Assembly: GCF_964188315.1 (NCBI RefSeq)
Contig: NC_135663.1
Coordinates: 19,530,001-19,594,000 of the forward strand
DNA length: 64,000 bases
Direction: 5' to 3'
From: Podarcis muralis
Lineage: Eukaryota
The notes under the pieces are model-generated. The model was not told the origin of the DNA. It made no database searches and was given only the letters and a program-made list of their open reading frames with translations. Of this stretch, positions 1 through 12,484 are shown in pieces; the stretch's first letter is position 1, and each line of letters begins with the position of its first letter. A program made the translations under genes and the position numbers.

Positions 1-75
1 TATTATCCCTGACCATTGGCTATGTTGGCTAGAGCTATTGAGAGCTGTAACCCAGCAACATCTGCAAGGCCACCC
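1..75. mobile_element. Fragment of a short squamate hAT-type MITE (same group as 41575-41680 and 58449-58584)
   Basis: Contains the motif ...CTGACCATTGGCTATG...GCTGTAACCCAGCAACATCTG..., shared with the other copies. Confidence 0.5.
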
Positions 76-2535
76 CCATTGTCAATGTATATTTATATAC
101 CATAGTGCTCTGAAATGGCAGTGTGAAGATAATCCCTTGAACGTGGCCTGCTATTAACAGTGTGTTAAATCCACATGGTGTGTCTAACACATAGTTCCTG
201 GCACTTGTCCTAAATCTACCCTACTTCTTGGTTCTCAAAACCCAACCCAGCTGTACTGGTGAATGTATGGAGAGCTTTGTAGACCAGGAAGGTATGTCTT
301 CTTACTAGGGCAGTGAATCTTTCTGAATCTGGTCATGCCTGTGATGGCAAAACACCAGCTGGTTCTACCTGCCTCAGGTTGCTCCCTGCCCCCATGAACA
401 TTCATACCTCTACAGGGATGCAACAAGCAACAAGACAAGAGGCAGGGGCAGTTGCAGCAGCAAACCTTGAAGGGAGACAGAAGAATCTTCTGTACGCCTT
501 GGTCTGTTGCATCCTAGATCCTGCACTCCTGCTATCCTTTTACGCAGAAAAGCTTCTACAGGCAAGTATTATTACTGTGAATCTTAGGAACTAAACTCTA
601 AAACAGCTTCCTGATGTTGTTTGATCATATATGAAAAGCATTTTATCCCACCATTCAGTATAAAATAGCCCCCCAGGGCAGCTTACAAATATAATAAGGC
701 AGTTCATGTCCTCAGGCTTGCAATCTAAAAACACATCATAAAAAGGGCAGGGGAGAAGCAAAGGAAAGCTCTATTGCTTATATACCAAATAAACTATATA
801 GTACTGTAGTTATCTCTACTAGAGCTGCGTTAATTGCAGCAGGAAAACAATGACACTAAGGGCTCACCCAGATTTCCTTTGGCACTGCATGTTCTAGGCA
901 TAGGTTTGCACTTTTAAGGTTTGTGGTTGTTGTTTTTCCCCCGTCTTGCCACTTTCCCAGGGAAAACCCACTGTTTACTGCTGAATCAGAACAAATGACA
1001 ATCCATGGAAAATCCAATTGCTGTTGGTTGCAATTCAGCACTAAACAGCGGGCTTTGCCAGTGGGAAGTGGTAGGACAAAAAAGACAACAACCCTGCTCA
1101 GACATGGACCTGAAAAGCCTGGCACAAAAGGATGTTTGGATGAGCCCTAACTCCTGTTATACTCATTAGTCCTTTCCTCTGGAACATTTCCCATGTTTTT
1201 GGTTGGGAACAATTAAGATGTTTGTTTCAGGGCAAACCATTGCAAAATATTTCCTGTATAAAGGCAGACCCTTTAAGACAACAAATCTCAATATTCCATT
1301 AGGTTTCCTTCGAATGCATTATATGCAATATTTGGCAGTAAAAAAAAAACTTACTTCCCTTTGTCAGAGCTTTACCATAATTTTGGTTGAATCAAAAGTA
1401 CTTTGCAATATACTCTGGGATGTTTTCCAACTGTTAATGACAAAAATTGTTAACCAATGAATCAAGCTAGGGTTTGGTTTCTAAATGAGAAATAGACCTC
1501 TTAGTTCTTGATTTGCATCAATACTTGATTAGTTTTAAATGTATCTAATATATTGCACAATTCAATGTACAATTTGCTACACCTCCAAATATCACTGTCA
1601 TTATCAAGGATATATTTCATGTAAGCACACTTTAATAGTCAAGTGTCTTTAGCAAGTTTTTGTGTATACATTAAGCTTCTTGTTTATCTTGGACTGCTCA
1701 ATAGTTAGCTACACTAATTACATCTTGTGTGATGACCTATGTGGCCTTAAGCGAGTGATGATTGTATAAAACAGCCCCTGAAAAGGCTGCCTTGATGAAA
1801 CTTTAATTTCATTTATCACAGGATTGACTTTATTTTTAAAAAAGATTAAGAAAGAGGCAGTCTTTATGCAGCAGTAACATGATAATGTGACAACTATCTT
1901 CCATTGATTTCAAACTACAGTGACCACCGAGGTATAATTTTACAATAGTGCGAGCAAAAATGGAAAAGAGCAAGGATAGGGCAACTGCAAACAAACTTCT
2001 AAGCACTTTAGAGGCACATTAAAGAAAGGCAAGAATACACAGAGGACTCCCGCCGCTTCCTATGAATAGGTAATGATAGATCAATTGCTGTAAGACACAA
2101 TGGCTCTGGCAACAATTTTTAGATGTCAGTACTTGCCTGCCATGCAATAGAGGAGGGCACTCTACATTTGACTTTCATTGCAATTATGTCTGCTGTTACA
2201 TCAGAAATATAGATCCGTCCCTGCATCATAGTGGGCATGGATGGCAGAGGTTCTGGGAGGACACGTAAGGACACCATCATGAAGCTGCTACTGAAACATC
2301 TGGGATTGACCATTCTTACTCCCCACCCTTTACAGCCCTTCAGGTAGATCTAACTGGCCCATCTATTTGACATTACAATCCTTTGACACATCTGAGTAAG
2401 GAGAGGAGAGTGAGGTGCTAGCCTGTGTTTGGAGGCAGTGATAGACTAATATATTGGCGTTATGTGTTCCAAGTTCTAGAATTCAGTAGGTGGGGAGATG
2501 GCCTGTTCTGGATGGGGTTGTACTCTGCTGGAAGT

Positions 2536-2789
2536 ATGGTTGCCATATCTTGAAGAGCAAAAAAGAGGACGTTATCCCAACTCTCATTTTAAATACCCCT
2601 ACTATATGTAGGCTATTGAAGCTGAGGGGGGCAGGAGAAGAGAAGAGGAAAGCCACCAGTTATGTCTATGTCTCTTCCAGGAAGTATAACCAGGGACATT
2701 TTGGCAAATTTAAAAAATCCACCTGGACAGAAATTTTAACCCTGAAAAAAAGCAAGTGTCCTGTAAAAAGAGGACACATGACAACCCTA
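2536..2789. mobile_element. Degenerate MITE with GGTTGCCATAT...ATGACAACCCT termini (PIF/Harbinger- or hAT-like)
   Basis: Imperfect terminal inverted repeats. The superfamily assignment is uncertain. Confidence 0.5.
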
Positions 2790-3021
2790 CTGGAAGGAGC
2801 AGGTCCATACCTTGGGAATACTCCTGGCTTAGATATTGTCACATGACATTAGGTGGTCTTGTTGGCTAGCAGTGCCTATTTCTAGTTACGGCTGGTCTGC
2901 CAGCTACAGTTGCTTTTGGACAGTGATGCACTCTATGTGGGTCTGCCCTTGAAGAGAATTCGGAATCTTGGTTCAAAATGCAGCAGCCAGATTACTGGCT
3001 GAAATTCCATCTAGAATTTAT

Positions 3022-3201
3022 AGCGTTTGACAGTGGAACAGACTCCCATGAGAGGCGCAGCACTCTCCTTCCTTGGAGGTTTTCAAGCAGAGGTTGGATG
3101 GCCACCTGTCACGTATCACCTGGTTGAGATTTCTGCATTGCAGGGGGTTGGACTAGATGACCCTCAGGCTCCCTTCCAATTCTACAATTATATGATTCTA
3201 T
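3022..3201 (+). mobile_element. CR1 LINE 3' end
   Basis: CAGTGGAACAGACT...GAGGTTTTCAAGCAGAGGTTGGATGGCCA...GGACTAGATGACC...CCTTCCAATTCTA...ATGATTCTA is a typical CR1 tail. Confidence 0.85.
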
Positions 3202-3323
3202 AATTCCTGATTTATTTATTTTTTAAAAAAATGGAAACCAGTTCATTTCTTGACCCAATTAAAGGTGTTCACATTAGTGTTTAAAGCCCTAAGCGACTTA
3301 GGCCCCAAATATCTGAAAGACCC

Positions 3324-3902
3324 TTGGGAAATGATATATAATGAATTGAAGAAAATGTTTAAAATGACATTTGTTAAAAAACCAGAAGCATTTTTGTTAG
3401 GGATGGTAGGACAAGACCTGCCAAGGAAAACAAAAGAATTTATTTATGTATGCAGCAACAGTGGCAGGAGTCTTGTTAGCCCAAGGATGGAAGAATGAGG
3501 AAACCCTGACAAAAGAACAGTGGCAAGAGAAATTGATGAACTACGCAGAATTGGCTAAACTGACATACAAACTGCGAGATAAGGACAACTGTGACTTTAA
3601 AGAAGAATGGAAATCACAAATTACTTAAAAAGACAACAAAATGAATTGGACTCCTTGGCAGGTTTTGAATAAACATACACAAGTTTACTGATTGACAACA
3701 TGGTAGATAGATAATGTAAGGATTCGTATAATTTTATAACATGCAGAGAATAATATGTGCTGAGAAATCAGAGAGAGGAGCTGAGGAAAGTCTCTGGGGG
3801 AGGGGAGGGAGAGTTTGAGGGGGTGGGGGAAAATAATGAATATGATATGTATTGATATGTTGTTATGTTGAAACTGTTAATACTTTTTTTAACTAAAAAT
3901 AT
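3324..3902 (+). mobile_element. 5'-truncated L1-clade LINE (ORF2 C-terminus + 3' UTR), frameshifted, inserted in L2
   Basis: WEMIYNELKKMFKMTFVKKPEAFLLG...MYAAT...WQEKLMNYAELAKL, flanked by a 15-bp TSD ATATCTGAAAGACCC (3309-3323 and 3903-3917). Confidence 0.85.
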
Positions 3903-4367
3903 ATATCTGAAAGACCCCAAATATCCTACAATACAGATCCTTTAGGGTATTATAATCGACAGAGAGGGCTCTCTTGGTAGTTTCATCAAGTTTGAGGGGA
4001 GGTAGCCAGAGACAGCATTTTCTGTAGCAGCCCCCAATTTGTGTAATTCCCTCCCCACAGACATGCATCTGATGATGAAGATGCCCTTTGATACCTGAGA
4101 CATACATTTAAAGGCCCATCCTATTCTCTTGATTGTAAACTGTTATAACAGGTTTTAATACTGTAATACTGGGACCTACTGGTGAAGAATAGGGTAAAAA
4201 AACAACCTTAACAACACAAACAGGCAGCAAGGTGTCCATTAATCCAAGGAAAGAGAAGACGGGAGGGTTCTGGAGGTCATGTTGTGTTTAAAGGGAAAGT
4301 GTACACTTGGTTCATTGTACCTAAGTACACAACATAGAACAAGTCTTTCATATCACCCAACTTTTTC

Positions 4368-4976
4368 TTTTTTTTTTTTTAATAAATTTTTATTGGTTTT
4401 CCATAAAACAAAACAAAAACATAAACATAAACAAACAAAAACACGACTTCCCCATACCACCCCTTTTCTGCATTCTTGTTTCAAGATTTTTCAGCAACCC
4501 TCTGATCATAACTTAAATATATTTCATATATTTAACTTCAGTTAGTTATTAATGCAACTGTAGTTCTTTATCTCTTATAACTCTGAGCCCCTAATTTTCC
4601 AAATTACAGCAGTTTTTAAGATAAACTTTAAATTTATTCCAATCTTCATCCACCGCCTCTTTCCCCCGGTCTCGAATTCTGCCAGTCATCTCTGCCAGTC
4701 CCATATAGTCGATCACCTTCGTCTGCCATTCTTCCAACGTGGGTAAATCTTGCGTCTTCCAATACTTTGCTAGAAGAATTCTTGCTGCTGTAGTGGCGTA
4801 CATAAAAAATGTCCTATCCTTCTTTGGCACCATTTGGCCCACCATACCCAAGAGAAAGGCCTCTGGTTTTTTAACAAACGTTCTCTTCAGAACTTTTTTT
4901 ATTTCATTATAGATCATTTCCCAGAAAGCCTTAATCTTCGGGCAGGTCCACCAAAGGTGATAGAAGGTTCCCTCCG
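4368..4976 (-). mobile_element. Young 5'-truncated L1-clade LINE (end of ORF2 zinc knuckle, intact C-terminus, poly-A)
   Basis: AEGTFYHLWWTCPKIKAFWEMIYNEIKK...FKVYLKNCCNLEN* is uninterrupted. The poly-A tail appears as poly-T at 4368-4380. Perfect 19-bp direct repeat CATATCACCCAACTTTTTC (4349-4367 and 4977-4995). Confidence 0.9.
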
Positions 4977-7471
4977 CATATCACCCAACTTTTTCAGGTA
5001 AAAAACTGGGATGTGCGTCTTCTGGGATGTGCTCCCAGGTGAGTCACATGACCAGCACCACAATCTAGCCCTGGAAAAAGCACTTTCTCAGGGTAAGAGT
5101 GCTGTGCAAGAGTGCACGAGATCATGGCACCCAAAATGGCCACCACTATCCTGTGTGAAAAAAGCATAATGTCCTGTTTTTTCCAGAACACTTGGTGGGT
5201 ATGGTCTTTGTGATCACTGGACTTGCAAATTTCACAAATGGAATATTGTTTTGCACTGAGGATGCAGGAGAAAGACTCCATGCCAAACTTGCACAATGTG
5301 GATCTGAAATTTCAGAACTTGTCAGTCTACATGTTCATGGATCAACACATATGAAAGTGAACATCTGAGTTCAGCTAAGACAGAACCTCCTATTTCAAAA
5401 TCAGTGAAGGAAAGCATAGAAAGGAATTCACAAGGAATACCCTAATTTGTAATACTGATTATAGGAATATGTTATCAGAAACATAAAGGAACCTGCCTGA
5501 AAGGCAAAAACCAAAGGTTTTATTTTTCCTGTTTTTGGTTACATTTTAAATGTTCCCGGCTGACTTGTTTGACATTTGGGAGGGCTTGATACTTGCCAAT
5601 TACATCACAGAATCTCCACCATATATAATCCAACAGTTTTGACAGGGTAAGGAAGGAGCCACAAGAGACATGCTCCCAAGGATTAAGCATTTCCAGTAAC
5701 CCGAGTCTATAACATAAATCCTTCTTTTCTTACATAATTAAATTTAAAGGTTGTAAATAATAAATCAGTAGTATTTATTTTCCCCTTAAGCTGTATGTCA
5801 TGGCACAACTGGTCTTCAAAACGTACGTAAGACAGAAGTTCAAAGATATCAAAGTTATATTTAAATATTTAGAAACACACATATGTTTAAAGTAAAATAA
5901 GTATTTCGTAAAATGATCCATTCTGGGCAAAATAAAGAAACGACACAGATATGAAGCAACTAATATTTTAATCATCATCTAGAACCACTAGAGGGTGTTG
6001 TTACTGCAATCTAGCACCTATGCTATATTCTTCTGCTTCCTTAAATTCCTTGTTTATTCACGCAATGGACTGGATTTTAGCAATCAAATCATAATATTAT
6101 TACTGTATCTCTTACATTCATAGGATCTATTTTCAGTTTCCACCTCTCAGTTTCCTTTTAATTTCTTTTCCTTATCACTTTAAATGAGATTGGTCATGTT
6201 TAAATCAGAGGGTTGGCAAAGTTGCGTTCGAGGGAAAGAGAGGAAGTTGTATTTCTTTTACACACACACAAATCACATGACCCTGGTACTGGAGTTAATT
6301 TAGACAGCCTCAACAATGAATGACAAATAACTGCTTTCAGGAGGATATTAAAATTATCAGGTATGTTAAACAGAATCAAGTCTGCAGGCCCCAAATTCAA
6401 TATAATGTAGTCTCGAGAGCAGACTTAGCATTTCCATAACTCAATTTGCCTCCTCTGCGACAGAGATGTATAGCATTGATATGCAAAGAAGAAAAGTGGT
6501 TGTGTTGGTGTCAGGGACAATCAGGGTCCCCACTCCTGTACCCATTAGCTGAGTGATTTGGAAGTAGTGCAATGGTTGACTCATCCTCTTGGGAGATTAA
6601 AGAAAAAGGACACAGATACTCTGTCTGGGGATATTGATTGAGACAGGCCAGTAGCTAGGATACTTTTTCAGTGACAAAGAAGTTAATGATTTAGTGATTC
6701 ATAGCACAGAAGCTGCCTCAACAACCTTTGGTAATTGTTTGCAATGCAGACAGTGCCACATGATCTGACCTTGTCAAATTAGCAGAAGGCTATAATAATG
6801 TCATAGCTGCAGCTACCTTGCTAGCAAACCAGCGAAGAAAAGAAGCACACATACACCTAAATGAATCTGCCCTCTTGATGTAAAAGCTTTTCCAACTGTT
6901 TTGAACATGAGAAGTTAAATCTCGGGGCAGCCTCAGAGTACGGCATTTTCTGTACTCACCTTGCTGTACTTGAGAAATCCTTGCAGTATTATTAATAATA
7001 ACAGCAACACCCACTCCTTCCCCTGTTGTACCTCACCCACTAAATAAGCTAAATTGCTGGGATTGCATTTTCTTTTCATCTTTGTTAGAACTGATAGAAG
7101 TCACTGGGTCAGTAAAGTCTTACGGGAATCTACTGAGTGAGGGCTGCCTTCTTGTGCCAGCCTGAAGTAGCTCCCCCATCCCCCCACTTCTAAGCATAAA
7201 GAGCAGCAAAATGAGAATGGATATGAAATGAAATCTCAGCAGGAGTTCAAAATAGGCCCAGCTGGAAAATAACAAGCCTCAAGGGATTGTTAATGGGCTA
7301 CAGGGGCCTTGAGGCTACTCTTTTTAATACATTTCATATTTATTGTAGCTGAGAACTTGTTTATAAACTGGATTGGCTTTATGATGGACTGCGTGAAAGT
7401 ATTTTACAACTCTGTTGGTTTAATTCTGTTCAAATGTGGGGTTCTTTGGTCATTCTCACAACCACTGAGAC

Positions 7472-7705
7472 CAGGGGTACCCGAACTTTTTTCAAAGAGG
7501 GTCAGATTTGATTAAGTGAACATGTGTGAGGGGTGACCAAAGTTTTTGAGCTTTTAAAATTTTTTTACCCCAAAGTTGTTGGGCTTTTTTTACCCCAATG
7601 TTGCTGAGCTTTTTAGCTTTTTTTAGGATTTAAGTCGCTGAGCCACAAGGTTAAATCAACCGGTGGGCCGCATTAGGCCCCTAAAGCGAACTTTGGACAT
7701 GCCTG
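7472..7705. mobile_element. hAT (Charlie/Buster-like) MITE
   Basis: CAGGGGTACCCGAACT...CTTTGGACATGCCTG termini with a degenerate 8-bp TSD (ACTGAGAC / ACTTAAGA). Confidence 0.65.
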
Positions 7706-9022
7706 ACTTAAGACTCAACTTATTCATATATACTACACAGTGTAGTACCTTACCAAATGACCCACTAGCTTTTTTGACAGCTTCAAGATTTGAATGAATG
7801 AGGGAAAGTCTGGGAGTGTATGTGCAGCCATCACCGCTGACCTCAGCACTGTGCTTGGGATTGCAGAACAATAACAACAAAAAGAGGGGGGGGACTCAAT
7901 GGGGGGAAACTACTCCCACAAATCAGAACTCTGCATGTGGCATTGGCCCCATGATGGGCAGAGTAGAGTGGGAGATTCAGGAGGGAAGAACCACCACGTC
8001 CCACTCATTTCCACCATGCCCATGGTGAGTCATAGAGACAGAAGACAGAAAGGAGGTAAAGAAGCTATATGTAACTGTGTGTGAACAGAGATGCATGTGT
8101 TTGTATGTGTATATATAATTGTAAGGATGTTGTCAAGCTGTAGTTCACATGTGTGGCCAGTAGGTGGCCACAAAAACTGCAGGTTGCCAAGCAGGCAGCC
8201 CAGGCAAGCCTCAGAGGAACAGCTATGGATTCCCAACAACCATTCTGCTCTGGTGTCACTGTGCACCTCACACCACCACCACCATTTCAGTCTCAGCAAT
8301 GTTGGGGGCCAAGGAAGAGGGAAGCAGCAGCAGAACAAGATGGTTGCTGGGCAACTATCATGCCATGTCTGTTCAACTGCGGATAACCTGGGCCACAGTT
8401 TGGGCAAGCTGTATGGCAAGGGAATCCAGTTTGGGTGAGCTCTAAGGTGACGGGTGTGCAGTTTGGGTGAGTTGTAAAGAAAGGTGAGGCTTGGGTGAGT
8501 TGTAAGGGTGGGTTTGGCAATCTTAAGGGGTGTTTGGTAAGAGGTTGGGGTTGGAGAAATTTAAAGGAAGGGGAAAGGCAAGGTGTAAAGGGAATAGGGT
8601 GGAGTTGGCCAGGTTTGGAGAAAGCTGGGGTTGTAAAGCAAAGCAAGTGGGCCAATAGCCCCTGGTGTATATCGATATCTGGCAGTGGGGATGGGACAGG
8701 CCCAGGAACACAACACAGCATTTTGTCAAGTTTTAATTCAGCCCCATTCTGAGGCTGTCTCCATCATGGGGCTATTGACAGGTATCCTCTTAGATGCAAC
8801 GGGGTCTAAAAGCTTCCCCACCACCCACCTCATCACAAGTATTCCTCCTTTCTCAAACTTCACCGGTTTTCAACAGGTTTTTATGGATAATTTTAATGTT
8901 TTATTTTATATTTTTTTGTAAGCCGCTTAGAGGTTTTCTTACAACCTAGCAGTATACAAATTCTGTTCAATGAATAAATGGTGTAAACTTCCTTAATATG
9001 CCTGGACATTGTTGCATGCATG

Positions 9023-9202
9023 CAGTGGCGTAGCGTGGGGGGTGCAGGGGGGGCCGGCCGCACCGGGCGCAACATCTGGGGTTAGGGCAAATCCACGGGT
9101 TAGGGGGCGCAAATCCACGGGTTAGGGAGCGCAAATCCACGGGTTAGGGGGCGCAAATTACTTGCCTTGCCCCGGGTCCTGACAACCCACGCTACGCCAC
9201 TG
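9023..9202. mobile_element. hAT MITE with internal 22-bp tandem repeats
   Basis: TIR CAGTGGCGTAGCGTGG / CCACGCTACGCCACTG and a perfect 8-bp TSD CATGCATG. Confidence 0.9.
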
Positions 9203-12200
9203 CATGCATGTGTAGAAGCATCTGGCAAGGTCAGAAAGCACAGGGACTATTATTTATCAGTGGAAACTGTGCTGTGTCTACTTGCAGCAGTACCTCCACC
9301 TCAGTCCTAAAGTACAATAGTCAGAGGTCTTCTCTTCACAAAAATGCACCCAGTGAACTTAACAAAACATGCCCATTTCAAGGTTTCCCCAGAATTTGAG
9401 GCTCACTCTATTGCGTCCAAGGACCACCACTTTTAACCCACAGCATCCTGGTTAATGCAAGGACAAAGAAGGAACATTGCTCCTGAGGGAGAGGAGGTAT
9501 GGAACAGGGAACACAACGTTCCTGAATTGGGAAAAGCCAGCATCAGGCTATTCTGCACCAAGCCTACATTGTTGTATCAGGACAGATTAGCTTACCTCAG
9601 AAATGCAGTACACATTATTGTTATTTTTGTTCTAAGGGGGATGGGAGAAGATTTTAATTTCAAAAAAACCCCATCAGCGAAACTTTATTGGCGTATTTAC
9701 AATTGCGATAGCTGCAGAAGGAATGTGTTGCTGCAGTGCAAGGCATGTAAATCATATTGAGCAGCATGCATCTAAAGGGAAGTGACAGATGACTGTAACT
9801 GCCATTAAACCTTTATCGCATCTCTGCCATGTAATACAATTAGATGGCAAGAAACAACTAATGTGCATCGCTCTAGTGGGAGAATGGAGAAAATATTGGA
9901 TTTCCTCACTTAATCTATTTATATCTTGCAGTGGGGGCATTAGTTAGATTAAAGCTGGAGACGCTGTCCCCTTTCAGTATGCTAAATAGTGTTTGTCACT
10001 CATTGTGTTATACAACAGTAATAGCTGTAGAAGCCATGCACATTACAATCATACTGAATTAGCTGGAGATGTAGCGCTAACACCGTCTGCTCCCTGTGCG
10101 CTGTCTCATTACGTACACTTAACTTTATTTTCTTATAAATAAAAAGCAGGGGAAGCATAGTTCTGGATAATGAACATTGTTTCCCAGAACTGATATGACT
10201 AGACTAGTACAACATCCAAACTGTTCGCTATCACTATTTCAATAGCAAATTGCATGGCTGTTTTATTAACCAGAATAATGTCCGCACTTAAGTTGCACTT
10301 CTCATCCGATAGTCTCAAAGCCATTGCAAAGCAATAGCTAATCTTCACGATGGCATATAAACAGAAGACACAGCCCTCATTCTACCAATAAAAATCAAAC
10401 CCAAAACCCTAGTGGGAAGCCCAGGTTTGTAGAAAAGGAGAGAACAGCAGGCAAATGACTTTTGCTCTACACCAACCTTCAAGTACGCAAGTGATGGTGA
10501 CCCAGCAGCAAAACCAGCAGTGATTTTTTACAGTGAACAGAATCAAGCATTAAAGTTTTTTCTGGGCTGTGCTATTTCAATTTTGAATATACAGGGTTGT
10601 TTGTTTGTTTGAATGCTCCCTTACAAAAAACTAAGAAACTGAAGAATGCAGCTCCCCGCTGATAGGGTAACACCTAGCCTCAATCCTGCTAGTTTTCTAC
10701 ATACTGGGACCTTTTTCTCATGAGAAAGTATGTGCATATCTGAAGCCTGAAGTGGTACAGTCCAGAAAATACTTTATCTCTTGATTTTACAAACCGTATA
10801 AACTGCCCATAAGTGTTCCCATCATATACAATATATATTAATGAAGGTTTTAGGAACACATCATTTCCCAAAGATGTGCAATAGCAATTATTGGCTGCTC
10901 TGGTATTTATAGTTAGATATATAGGAAGATGCCTTATAAAAGGGTAAAATGGATTATGCATCTAGCCTAGTATTGTTTATTCCAACAGCCAGCAGCAAGC
11001 TAAAGCCTCAGAGGACTTTCACATCACCTACTTTTTCTACAACCTGATGGCAGGTATTAAACCTTCTCCATACAGTGCATGTTCTCTACCACTTCGTTAT
11101 GGTTCCTTCCTCCCCCTCTTGCAAGGGGAGGGGAATTGTGTGACTGTAAATATATATATAGGTTATAAGCAAAAGGGTGTGTGTATAAGACTTGCAAATC
11201 CAGAAAAAGATTGCTTAGAAGCCTCTCAGATTTTGAACAAATATTAAATTGCATACTTTGCCATTTTTATTTAAGAATATATTGTGGAAATCAGCTCCCA
11301 GTGTAGATTACCAATTTCAGTCTCACACAGTGTCACTGTCCTCAGAGTTTCGGAGCTTTTCTGCTGCCCAGCAGTATCTTCAGCTAGCCCATGTTTCTGT
11401 ACTCCTGAATATACACTGAAAAACATGCGCTGCTCCTCATTATTTTGGTAGCATTGTCCACTGCATCCCCTCTGGCAGGAAATGCACTAGCAGCGTGAAT
11501 AGGGATGAATTCAACCTGCCACTAAACTTTGACTGAAGGTACCCGGAGTGATGCAATAAATTGGTGAAACTCAATCTCCAGAAATGATAACTAAAACCCA
11601 AGGAAGGAGAAAGCTACAAAAACGATGTATCACTGAGCCATTGTCATTTTACTGTCCCGTGTTAAGAACAGCCATATGAGAAGTTCCAAATGAGTATCTG
11701 CAGAACTGTGCCAAAAGAGGGCTATTGCTTTCATATCCTGCTTGTGGGCTTCCCAAGTGATATCTGATTAGCAACAGCAGGAAACAGGATGCTGAACTAG
11801 ACGGGCATTTTGACTTAATGTAGCAGGGGCTCTTATTATGCTCCATGTATCAGTAACAGACTTAGGCAAAAACAATTCTGTAAAGAAAGAAAGTTGTTTT
11901 AGATGTTGTTTGTCTATAGGAAATCCAAAGCCAAGTATGCATAGTGGATTTTATATGCTTAAGTATTAGTAATGCAAGGGAATATTTTTCATGCTGTGTA
12001 GTCTTTCTCTGTCACAGTCCATGTCCATGTATAAACCAATTACAGAAAATCTTTGTACAAAAACATCAAGCATCTACAAGAACATTTTAAAAAACTAAAA
12101 ACTAAACAGAGCATAAAACTCACAGCAGTGAAGAAAGTAAAAAAAAAAACAACTTACTGCTTTCAAGTGGCCCTCAGGATCCTACCAATACATTTTGCTT

Positions 12201-12484
12201 GCAAAGTTGAAACAGTGCAGTTCAATAAAAAGTAGTATTCATAATTTACAGCCCTGTTTTTCCTAGTGTGCCACTGTGGCATTGGTCATTGTCATGAAGG
12301 TTACTAATGTTTAATGAATTTGTTCCTTGTGTAGAGAAATAAGTACCAAACAAACAACCCTACAGTATATTAGATTATTTGTTGACCTAGGAAAACATCT
12401 ATACGACTACTAGTTCTTTTGGCATCTCAGAAAACATCTGTGCCTTAGTTCACAAAAAGCAGCATGTAAAATATTCACTTATGG

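Larger units (their letters stand above)
2850..4230 (+). mobile_element. L2 LINE ORF2 3' remnant, interrupted by CR1 and L1 insertions
   Basis: Degenerate L2 C-terminal motifs (ALYVGLPLK...VQNAAARLL; VFKALSDLGPKYLKD; AFSVAAPNL) split into three pieces. Confidence 0.7.

Noticed and set aside
6950-7095. Perfect minus-strand donor AAG|GTGAGT at 6959 with a phase-1 frame
   Set aside because: There is no clean acceptor, candidate exons are 80 or 131 nt with in-frame stops, and one perfect donor per ~50-65 kb is expected by chance.
9078-9150. CRISPR-like or interstitial telomeric array
   Set aside because: The DNA is eukaryotic, the units lack unique spacers, they are not tandem (TTAGGG)n, and they lie inside a TIR/TSD-bounded MITE.
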